The notes under the pieces were generated by a model, which was not told the origin of the DNA, ran no database searches, and worked only from the letters and a program-made list of their open reading frames with translations. A stretch of 14,688 bases of DNA from Utricularia gibba (Eukaryota; Plantae; Magnoliophyta), in the NCBI GenBank assembly GCA_002189035.1, contig NEEC01000325.1:1-14688 (forward strand), given 5' to 3'. A program made the translations under genes and the position numbers. Positions within the stretch are counted from its first letter, which is position 1; each line of letters begins with the position of its first letter. Positions 1 through 10,400 of the stretch are shown piece by piece.

Positions 1-58
1 GTGCACCCCACATGATTTTTTCAACAACTTACTTTATACTTGAAGAGGCGGTCTTGGG

Positions 59-256
59 GTGCAGCTGGAACGGGACAAAGGTAAGGTTTGGCTTGCGCCG
101 AGAGTTAGTTGTAGCCCGACAAATAAAGTGATGTATTTATTATCGTTCGGTTTTCGGGGGCTGCCTACATGGTTTTTCAAGGAACCGCTTCTCGTTTTGT
201 GGCGGCCAGTCTCGCTGGGAACTTGGTCCTTGACCCCGATTCTGTATGGCTCATGA
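59..256 (+). CDS. Possible 65-aa small ORF repeated in each unit (GTG start, AGGAGG upstream in the consensus); unrecognised and probably spurious
   Basis: The ORF track gives this frame in many copies (e.g. 59-256, 14060-14257; also 13746-13943 from the internal GTG). Consensus AGGAGG lies 9-10 nt upstream of the GTG. The full length needs the 5-G form of the run at unit pos 156-160, which is seen in only about half the copies. I recognise no motif or family. Confidence 0.12.
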   Translation: MQLERDKGKVWLAPRVSCSPTNKVMYLLSFGFRGLPTWFFKEPLLVLWRPVSLGTWSLTPILYGS

Positions 257-262
257 GGTCAA
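171..262. other. Three short inverted repeats in the low-error half of each unit
   Basis: GGTTTT-TCAA-GGAACC (171-186), CCAG-TCTCG-CTGG (206-218) and TTGACC-N21-GGTCAA (230-235/257-262). Confidence 0.45.
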
Positions 263-936
263 CCGGATGCAAATCGATTAAAAAAAATGATGCATTTGTT
301 TAAATTGCGATATCACGTGCACCCCACATGATTTTTTCAACAACTTACTTTATACTTGAGGAGGCGGTCTTGGGGTGCAGCTGGAACGGGACAAAGGTAA
401 GGTTTGGCTTGCGCCGAGAGTTAGTTGTAGCCCGACAAATAAAGTGATGTATTTATTATCGTTCGGTTTTCGGGGGCTGCCTACATGGTTTTTCAAGGAA
501 CCGCTTCTCGTTTTGTGGCGGCCAGTCTCGCTGGGAACTTGGTCTTGACCCCGATTCTGTATGGCTCATGAGGTCAACGGATGCAAATCGATTAAAAAAA
601 ATGATGCATTTGTTTAAATTGCGATATCACGTGCACCCCACATGATTTTTCAACAACTTACTTATACTTGAGGAGGCGTCTTGGGTGCACTGAACGGGAC
701 AAAGGTAAGGTTTGGCTTGCGCCGAGAGTTAGTTGTAGCCGGCAAATAAAGTGATGTATTTATTATCGTTCGGTTTCGGGGCTGCCTACATGGTTTTTCA
801 AGGAACCGCTTCTCGTTTTGTGGCGGCCAGTCTCGCTGGAACTTGGTCCTTGACCCCGATTCTGTATGGCTCATGAGGTCAACCGGATGCAAATCGATTA
901 AAAAAAATGATGCATTTGTTTAAATTGCGATATCAC

Positions 937-1000
937 GTGCACCCCACATGATTTTTTCAACAACTTACTTTATACTTGAGGAGGCGGTCTTGGGGTGCAC
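937..1000 (+). other. Long imperfect hairpin present in every unit (unit pos 1-64; clean copy shown)
   Basis: A perfect 10-bp inverted repeat, GTGCACCCCA (937-946) / TGGGGTGCAC (991-1000), encloses an inner stem UUUUUUCAA / UUGAGGAGG (5 Watson-Crick and 4 G.U pairs on the + strand) and a 15-nt loop CAACUUACUUUAUAC. Paired by eye, with no energy calculation. Confidence 0.75.
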
Positions 1001-1045
1001 CTGGAACGGGACAAAGGTAAGGTTTGGCTTGCGCCGAGAGTTAGT

Positions 1046-1104
1046 TGTAGCCCGACAAATAAAGTGATGTATTTATTATCGTTCGGTTTTCGGGGCTGCC
1101 TACA
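1046..1104 (+). other. Second imperfect hairpin in every unit (unit pos ~110-169)
   Basis: The outer stem is GUAGCCC/GGGCUGC (alternative register UGUAG/CUACA) and the inner stem is AAUAAA/UUUAUU around GUGAUGUA. CCGA can pair with either of two downstream UCGG. Confidence 0.5.
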
Positions 1105-4100
1105 TGGTTTTTCAAGGAACCGCTTCTCGTTTTGTGGCGGCCAGTCTCGCTGGGAACTTGGTCCTTGACCCCGATTCTGTATGGCTCATGAGGTCAACCG
1201 GATGCAAATCGATTAAAAAAATGATGCATTTGTTTAAATTGCGATATCACGTGCACCCCACATGATTTTTTTCAACAACTTACTTTATACTTGAGGAGGC
1301 GGTCTTGGGGTGCACTGGAACGGGACAAAGGTAAGGTTTGGCTTGCAAGAGTTAGTTGTAGCCCAAATAAAGTGATGTATTTATTATCGTTCGGTTTTCG
1401 GGGCTGCCTACATGGTTTTTCAAGGAACCGCTTCTCGTTTTGTGGCGGCCAGTCTCGCTGGGAACTTGGTCCTTGACCCCGATTCTGTATGGCTCATGAG
1501 GTCAACCGGATGCAAATCGATTAAAAAAAATGATGCATTTGTTTAAATTGCGATATCACGTGCACCCCACATGATTTTTTCAACAACTTACTTTATACTT
1601 GAGAGGCGGTCTTGGGTGCACTGGAACGGGACAAAGGTAAGGTTTGGCTTGCGCGAGAGTTAGTTGTAGCCCGGCAAATAAAGTGATGTATTTATTATCG
1701 TTCGGTTTTCGGGGGCTGCCTACATGGTTTTTCAAGGAACCGCTTCTCGTTTTGTGGCGGCCAGTCTCGCTGGGAACTTGGTCCTTGACCCCGATTCTGT
1801 ATGGCTCATGAGGTCAACCGGATGCAAATCGATTAAAAAAAATGATGCATTTGTTTAAATTGCGATATCACGTGCACCCCACATGATTTTTTCAACAACT
1901 TACTTTATACTTGAGGAGGCGGTCTTGGGGTGCACCTTGAACGGGACAAAGGTAAGGTTTGGCTTGCGCCGAGAGTTAGTTGTAGCCCACAAATAAAGTG
2001 ATGTATTTATTATCGTTCGGTTTTCGGGGGCTGCCTACATGGTTTTTCAAGGAACCGCTTCTCGTTTTGTGGCGGCCAGTCTCGCTGGGAACTTGGTCCT
2101 TGACCCCGATTCTGTATGGCTCATGAGGTCAACCGGATGCAAATCGATTAAAAAAAATGATGCATTTGTTTAAATTGCGATATCACGTGCACCCCACATG
2201 ATTTTTTCAACAACTTACTTTATACTTGAGGAGGCGGTCTTGGGGTGCACCTGGAACGGGACAAAGGTAAGGTTTGGCTTGCGCCGAGAGTTAGTTGTAG
2301 CCCGCAAATAAAGTGATGTATTTATTATCGTTCGGTTTTCGGGGGCTGCCTACATGGTTTTCAAGGAACCGCTTCTCGTTTTGTGGCGGCCAGTCTCGCT
2401 GGGAACTTGGTCCTTGACCCCGATTCTGTATGGCTCATGAGGTCAACCGGATGCAAATCGATTAAAAAAAATGATGCATTTGTTTAAATTGCGATATCAC
2501 GTGCACCCCACATGATTTTTTCAACAACTTACTTTATACTTGAGGAGGCGGTCTTGGGTGCACTGGAACGGGACAAAGGTAAGGTTTGGCTTGCGCCGAG
2601 AGTTAGTTGTAGCCCGCAAATAAAGTGATGTATTTATTATCGTTCGGTTTTCGGGGGCTGCCTACATGGTTTTTCAAGGAACCGCTTCTCGTTTTGTGGC
2701 GGCCAGTCTCGCTGGGAATTGGTCCTTGACCCCGATTCTGTATGGCTCATGAGGTCAACCGGATGCAAATCGATTAAAAAAAATGATGCATTTGTTTAAA
2801 TTGCGATATCACGTGCACCCCACATGATTTTTTCAACAACTTACTTTATACTTGAGGAGGCGGTCTTGGGGTGCAGCTGGAACGGGACAAAGGTAAGGTT
2901 TGGCTTGCGCCGAGAGTTAGTTGTAGCCCGCAAATAAAGTGATGTATTTATTATCGTTCGGTTTTCGGGGGCTGCCTACATGGTTTTTCAAGGAACCGCT
3001 TCTCGTTTTGTGGCGGCCAGTCTCGCTGGGAACTTGGTCCTTGACCCCGATTCTGTATGGCTCATGAGGTCAACCGGATGCAAATCGATTAAAAAAAATG
3101 ATGCATTTGTTTAAATTGCGATATCACGTGCACCCCACATGATTTTTTCAACAACTTACTTTATACTTGAGGAGGCGGTCTTGGGTGCACCTTGGAACGG
3201 GACAAAGGTAAGGTTTGGCTTGGCCGAGAGTTAGTTGTAGCCCACAAATAAAGTGATGTATTTATTATCGTTCGGTTTTCGGGGCTGCCTACATGGTTTT
3301 TCAAGGAACCGCTTCTCGTTTTGTGGCGGCCAGTCTCGCTGGGAACTTGGTCCTTGACCCGATTCTGTATGGCTCATGAGGTCAACCGGATGCAAATCGA
3401 TTAAAAAAATGATGCATTTGTTTAAATTGCGATATCACGTGCACCCCACATGATTTTTTCAACAACTTACTTTATACTTGAGGAGGCGGTCTTGGGTGCA
3501 GCTGGAACGGGACAAAGGTAAGGTTTGGCTTGCGCCGAGAGTTAGTTGTAGCCCGACAAATAAAGTGATGTATTTATTATCGTTCGGTTTTCGGGGGCTG
3601 CCTACATGGTTTTTCAAGGAACCGCTTCTCGTTTTGTGGCGGCCAGTCTCGCTGGGAACTTGGTCCTTGACCCCGATTCTGTATGGCTCATGAGGTCAAC
3701 CGGATGCAAATCGATTAAAAAAAATGATGCATTTGTTTAAATTGCGATATCACGTGCACCCCACATGATTTTTTCAACAACTTACTTTATACTTGAGGAG
3801 GCGGTCTTGGGGTGCACTGGAACGGGACAAAGGTAAGGTTTGGCTTGCGCCGAGAGTTAGTTGTAGCCCGACAAATAAAGTGATGTATTTATTATCGTTC
3901 GGTTTTCGGGGCTGCCTACATGGTTTTTCAAGGAACCGCTTCTCGTTTGTGGCGGCCAGTCTCGCTGGGAACTTGGTCCTTGACCCCGATTCTGTATGGC
4001 TCATGAGGTCAACCGGATGCAAATCGATTAAAAAAAATGATGCATTTGTTTAAATTGCGATATCACGTGCACCCCACATGATTTTTTCAACAACTTACTT

Positions 4101-4419
4101 TATACTTGAGGAGGCGGTCTTGGGTGCACCTGGAACGGGACAAAGGTAAGGTTTGGCTTGCGCCGAGAGTTAGTTGTAGCCCCAAATAAAGTGATGTATT
4201 TATTATCGTTCGGTTTTCGGGGCTGCCTACATGGTTTTTCAAGGAACCGCTTCTCGTTTTGTGGCGGCCAGTCTCGCTGGGAACTTGGTCCTTGACCCCG
4301 ATTCTGTATGGCTCATGAGGTCAACCGGATGCAAATCGATTAAAAAAAATGATGCATTTGTTTAAATTGCGATATCACGTGCACCCCACATGATTTTTCA
4401 ACAACTTACTTTATACTTG

Positions 4420-7400
4420 AGGAGGCGTCTTACCTGGAACGGGACAAAGGTAAGGTTTGGCTTGCGCCGAGAGTTAGTTGTAGCCGACAAATAAAGTGAT
4501 GTATTTATTATCGTTCGGTTTTCGGGGCTGCCTACATGGTTTTTCAAGGAACCGCTTCTCGTTTTGTGGCGGCCAGTCTCGCTGGGAACTTGGTCCTTGA
4601 CCCCGATTCTGTATGGCTCATGAGGTCAACCGGATGCAAATCGATAAGGCATTTGGCTTGCGTCCAGAGGAGGTTAGTTAGTAGCCCGACAAATAAAGTG
4701 ATGTATTTATTATCGTTCGGTTTTCGGGGCTGCCTACATGGTTTTTCAAGGAACCGCTTCTCGTTTTGTGGCGGCCAGTCTCGCTGGGAACTTGGTCCTT
4801 GACCCCGATTCTGTATGGCTCATGAGGTCAACCGGATGCAAATCGATTAAAAAAAATGATGCATTTGTTTAAATTGCGATATCACGTGCACCCCACATGA
4901 TTTTTTCAACAACTTACTTTATACTTGAGGAGGCGGTCTTGGGGTGCACTGGAACGGGACAAAGGTAAGGTTTGGCTTGCGCCGAGAGTTAGTTGTAGCC
5001 CGCAAATAAAGTGATGTATTTATTATCGTTCGGTTTTCGGGGCTGCCTACATGGTTTTTCAAGGAACCGCTTCTCGTTTTGTGTGGCCAGTCTCGCTGGG
5101 AACTTGGTCCTTGACCCGATTCTGTATGGCTCATGAGGTCAACCGGATGCAAATCGATTAAAAAAAATGATGCATTTGTTTAAATTGCGATATCACGTGC
5201 ACCCCACATGATTTTTTCAACAACTTACTTTATACTTGAGGAGGCGGTCTTGGGGTGCAGCTGGAACGGGACAAAGGTAAGGTTTGGCTTGCCCGAGAGT
5301 TAGTTGTAGCCCGACAAATAAAGTGATGTATTTTTATCGTTCGGTTTTCGGGGCTGCCTACATGGTTTTTCAAGGAACCGCTTCTCGTTTTGTGGCGGCC
5401 AGTCTCGCTGGGAACTTGGTCCTTGACCCCGATTCTGTATGGCTCATGAGGTCAACCGGATGCAAATCGATTAAAAAAAATGATGCATTTGTTTAAATTG
5501 CGATATCACGTGCACCCCACATGATTTTTTCAACAACTTACTTTATACTTGAGGAGGCGGTTGGGTGCACTGGAACGGGACAAAGGTAAGGTTTGGCTTG
5601 CGCGAGAGTTAGTTGTAGCCCGGCAAATAAAGTGATGTATTTATTATCGTTCGGTTTTCGGGGCTGCCTACATGGTTTTTCAAGGAACCGCTTCTCGTTT
5701 TGTGGCGGCCAGTCTCGCTGGGAACTTGGTCCTTGACCCCGATTCTGTATGGCTCATGAGGTCAACCGGATGCAAATCGATTAAAAAAAATGATGCATTT
5801 GTTTAAATTGCGATATCACGTGCACCCCACATGATTTTTTCAACAACTTACTTTATACTTGGGGAGGCGTCTTGGGTGCACCTGAACGGGACAAAGGTAA
5901 GGTTTGGCTTGCGCGAGAGTTAGTTGTAGCCCGACAAATAAAGTGATGTATTTATTATCGTTCGGTTTTCGGGGCTGCCTACATGGTTTTTCAAGGAACC
6001 GCTTCTCGTTTTGTGGCGGCCAGTCTCGCTGGGAACTTGGTCCTTGACCCCGATTCTGTATGGCTCATGAGGTCAACCGGATGCAAATCGATTAAAAAAA
6101 ATGATGCATTTGTTTAAATTGCGATATCACGTGCACCCCACATGATTTTTCAACAACTTACTTTATACTTGAGGAGGCGTCTTGGGTGCACCTGACAAAG
6201 GTAAGGTTTGGCTTGCGCCGAGAGTTAGTTGTAGCCCGACAAATAAAGTGATGTATTTATTATCGTTCGGTTTTCGGGGGCCTACATGGTTTTTCAAGGA
6301 ACCGCTTCTCGTTTTGTGGCGGCCAGTCTCGCTGGGAACTTGGTCCTTGACCCCGATTCTGTATGGCTCATGAGGTCAACCGGATGCAAATCGATTAAAA
6401 AAAATGATGCATTTGTTTAAATTGCGATATCACGTGCACCCCACATGATTTTTTCAACAACTTACTTTATACTTGAGGAGGCGGTCTTGGGGTGCACTGT
6501 CTCGCTTAGGTAGCCCGACACTTCGGTTTTCGGGGGCTGCCTACATGGTTTTTCAAGGAACCGCTTCTCGTTTTGTGGCGGCCAGTCTCGCTGGGAACTT
6601 GGTCCTTGACCCCGATTCTGTATGGCTCATGAGGTCAACCGGATGCAAATCGATTAAAAAAAATGATGCATTTGTTTAAATTGCGATATCACGTGCACCC
6701 CACATGATTTTTTCAACAACTTACTTTATACTTGAGGAGGCGGTCTTGGGGTGCACCCCACACAAATGATGTATTTTTATCGTTCGGTTTTCGGGGGCTG
6801 CCTACATGGTTTTTCAAGGAACCGCTTCTCGTTTTGTGGCGGCCAGTCTCGCTGGGAACTTGGTCCTTGACCCCGATTCTGTATGGCTCATGAGGTCAAC
6901 CGGATGCAAATCGATTAAAAAAAATGATGCATTTGTTTAAATTGCGATATACGTGCACCCCACATGGGGTGCACCTTGAACGGGACAAAGGTAAGGTTTG
7001 GCTTGCGCCGAGAGTTAGTTGTAGCCCGACAAATAAAGTGATGTATTTATTATCGTTCGGTTTTCGGGGCTGCCTACATGGTTTTTCAAGGAACCGCTTC
7101 TCGTTTTGTGGCGGCCAGTCTCGCTGGGAACTTGGTCCTTGACCCCGATTCTGTATGGCTCATGAGGTCAACCGGATGCAAATCGATTAAAAAAAATGAT
7201 GCATTTGTTTAAATTGCGATATCACGTGCACCCCACATGATTTTTTTCAAGAGAACCGCTTTTGGCTCGTTTTGTAGCCCGCGGCGTTCAGGTTTTTCTC
7301 GTTTTGTGGCGGCCAGTCTCGCTGGGAACTTGGTCCTTGACCCCGATTCTGTATGGCTCATGAGGTCAACCGGATGCAAATCGATTAAAAAAAAATGATG

Positions 7401-10400
7401 CCCCACCCCACATGATTTTGTATGGCTCTTGCCGAGAGTTAGTTGTAGCCCGACAAATAAAGTGATGTATTTATTATCGTTCGGTTTTCGGGGGCTGCCT
7501 ACATGGTTTTTCAAGGAACCGCTTCTCGTTTTGTGGCGGCCAGTCTCGCTGGGAACTTGGTCCTTGACCCCGATTCTGTATGGCTCATGAGGTCAACCGG
7601 ATGCAAATCGATTAAAAAAAATGATGCATTTGTTTAAATTGCGATATCACGTGCACCCCACATGATTTTTTTCACCCCACACTGGAACGGGACAAAGGTA
7701 AGGTTTGGCTTGCGCCGAGAGTTAGTTGTAGCCCGAACTTACTTTTTTCATAGTCTTGGGAGGACCCGATTCTGTATGGCTCATGAGGTCAACCGGATGC
7801 AAATCGATTAAAAAAAATGATGCATTTGTTTAAATTGCGATATCACGTGCACCCCACATGATTTTTTCAACAACTTACTTTATACTTGAGGAGGCGGTCT
7901 TGGGTGCACCTGGAACGGGACAAAGGTAAGGTTTGGCTTGCGCCGAGAGTTAGTTGTAGCCCGACAAATAAAGTGATGTATTTATTATCGTTCGGTTTTC
8001 GGGGCTGCCTACATGGTTTTTCAAGGAACCGCTTCTCGTTTTGTGGCGGCCAGTCTCGCTGGGAACTTGGTCCTTGACCCCGATTCTGTATGGCTCATGA
8101 GGTCAACCGGATGCAAATCGATTAAAAAAAATGATGCATTTGTTTAAATTGCGATATCACGTGCACCCCACATGATTTTTTCAACAACTTACTTTATACT
8201 TGGGGGAGGCGGTCTTGGGGTGCAGTGCTGGAACGGGAAAAGGTAAGGTTTGGCTTGCGCCGAGAGTTAGTTGTAGCCCGACACAAATAAAGTGATGTAT
8301 TATTTATCGTTCGGTTTTCGGGGGCTGCCTACATGGTTTTTCAAGGAACCGCTTCTCGTTTTGTGGCGGCCAGTCTCGCTGGGAACTTGGTCCTTGACCC
8401 CGATTCTGTATGGCTCATGAGGTCAACCGGATGCAAATCGATTAAAAAAAATGATGCATTTGTTTAAATTGCGATATCACGTGCACCCCACATGATTTTT
8501 TCAACAACTTACTTTATACTTGAGGAGGCGGTCTTGGGGGCACCTGGAACGGGACAAAGGTAAGGTTTGGCTTGCGCCGAGAGTTAGTTGTAGCCCGGCA
8601 CAATATAAGTGATGTATTTATTATCGTTCGGTTTTCGGGGGCTGCCTACATGGTTTTTCAAGGAACCGCTTCTCGTTTTGTGGCGGCCAGTCTCGCTGGG
8701 AACTTGGTCCTTGACCCCGATTCTGTATGGCTCATGAGGTCAACCGGATGCAAATCGATTAAAAAAAATGATGCATTTGTTTAAATTGCGATATCACGTG
8801 CACCCCACATGATTTTTTCAACAACTTACTTTATACTTGAGGAGGCGGTCTTGGGTGCACTTGAACGGGACAAAGGTAAGGTTTGGCTTGCGCCGAGAGT
8901 TAGTTGTAGCCCGACAAATAAAGTGATGTATTTATTATCGTTCGGTTTTCGGGGCTGCCTACATGGTTTTTCAAGGAACCGCTTCTCGTTTTGTGGCGGC
9001 CAGTCTCGCTGGGAACTTGGTCCTTGACCCCGATTCTGTATGGCTCATGAGGTCAACCGGATGCAAATCGATTAAAAAAAATGATGCATTTGTTTAAATT
9101 GCGATATCACGTGCACCCCACATGATTTTTTCAACAACTTACTTTATACTTGAGGAGGCGTCTTGGGTGCACCTGTATTTATTATTGTAGCGACAAAATA
9201 AAGTCGGTTTTCGGGGGCTGCCTACATGGTTTTTCAAGGAACCGCTTCTCGTTTTGTGGCGGCCAGTCTCGCTGGGAACTTGGTCCTTGACCCCGATTCT
9301 GTATGGCTCATGAGGTCAACCGGATGCAAATCGATTAAAAAAATGATGCATTTGTTTAAATTGCGATATTGTTGATTTTTTCAAATTGAGAGGCGAGTCA
9401 GCCCGACAAATAAAGTGATTATTTATATCGTTCGGTTTTCGGGGCTGCCTACATGGTTTTTCAAGGAACCGCTTCTCGTTTTGTGGCGGCCAGTCTCGCT
9501 GGGAACTTGGTCCTTGACCCCGATTCTGTATGGCTCATGAGGTCAACCGGATGCAAATCGATTAAAAAAAATGATGCATTTGTTTAAATTGCGATATCAC
9601 GTGCACCCCACATGATTTTTTTCAACAACTTACTTTATACTTGAGGAGGCGGTCTTGGGGTGCAGCTGAACGGGACAAAGGTAAGGTTTGGCTTGCGCCG
9701 AGAGTTAGTTGTAGCCCGACAAATAAAGTGATGTATTTATTATCGTTCGGTTTTCGGGGGCTGCCTACATGGTTTTTCAAGGAACCGCTTCTCGTTTTGT
9801 GGCGGCCAGTCTCGCTGGGAACTTGGTCCTTGACCCCGATTCTGTATGGCTCATGAGGTCAACCGGATGCAAATCGATTAAAAAAAATGATGCATTTGTT
9901 TAAATTGCGATATCACGTGCACCCCACATGATTTTTTCAACAACTTACTTTATACTTGGGAGGCGGTCTTGGGGTGCACTTAACGGGACAAAGGTAAGGT
10001 TTGGCTTGCGCGAGAGTTAGTTGTAGCCCCAAATAAAGTGATGTATTTATTATCGTTCGGTTTTCGGGGCTGCCTACATGGTTTTTCAAGGAACCGCTTC
10101 TCGTTTTGTGGCGGCCAGTCTCGCTGGGAACTTGGTCCTTGACCCCGATTCTGTATGGCTCATGAGGTCAACCGGATGCAAATCGATTAAAAAAAATGAT
10201 TTGGCATTTGTTTAACGAGAGGCGAGTCAGCCCGTGCACCCCAAAGATTTGTATTCAACAACTTCGTTCTTTGGTTTTGAGGGAGGCGTCTTGGGTGCAC
10301 TGGAACGGACAAAGGTAAGGTTTGGCTTGCCCGAGAGTTAGTTGTAGCCCGACAAATAAAGTGATGTATTTATTATCGTTCGGTTTTCGGGGGCTGCCTA

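Noticed and set aside
25-48. Rolling-circle nick site (CRESS nonanucleotide, or pC194/phiX174-type CTTGATA) in hairpin 1
   Set aside because: The loop has no TATTAC nonamer on either strand. TATACTTGAGG matches only CTTGA and lacks the conserved ATA.
41-50. Isolated substitutions (e.g. GAAGAGG at 42, GTGTGGCC at 5081, GGGGAGG at ~5860, ~8201 and ~9958) as real sequence variants
   Set aside because: They are singletons or A/G confusions within purine runs with no periodic pattern, consistent with read error.
22-112. Integron attC site (GTTAGTT with a CAACTTAC-like inverse)
   Set aside because: Neither box fits GTTRRRY/RYYYAAC and there is no L-box pairing between them.
44-120. Degenerate plant 5S rRNA or Cassandra LTR similarity (GGAGGCGGTC, TGCACCTGGA, GCTTGCGCCGAGAGTTAGT)
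   Set aside because: The alignment needs several large gaps, box C (GGATGGGTGAC) is absent, and the 3' third and helix I closure are missing. It is probably chance.
184-205. U2 snRNA 5'-end resemblance (CGCTTCTCG)
   Set aside because: Only 9 nt match. The branch-site pairing sequence GTAGTA and an Sm site do not follow.
1-316. Self-cleaving ribozyme (hammerhead, HDV-like, twister) as in viroid-like RNAs or newt/schistosome satellites
   Set aside because: There is no CTGANGA core on either strand. CCAGTCTCGCTGG recalls the HDV P3/L3 but lacks a matching P1 and P1.1. AGCCCG...ATAAAGTG recalls twister but the P1 and P2 partners are missing. An Infernal search would be the definitive test.
145-319. 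Budding-yeast point centromere (CDEI ATCACGTG, CCGAAA on the - strand)
   Set aside because: There is no ~80-bp >90% AT CDEII between the elements and the CDEIII context is wrong.
1-632. Never-ending ORF across the concatemer, like neo in DRT2 systems
   Set aside because: All six frames are closed in each unit. On the + strand there are TAA 279, TAA 301 and TGA 329, one per frame. On the - strand there are stops at TCA 21, TTA 29 and TTA 34, one per frame.
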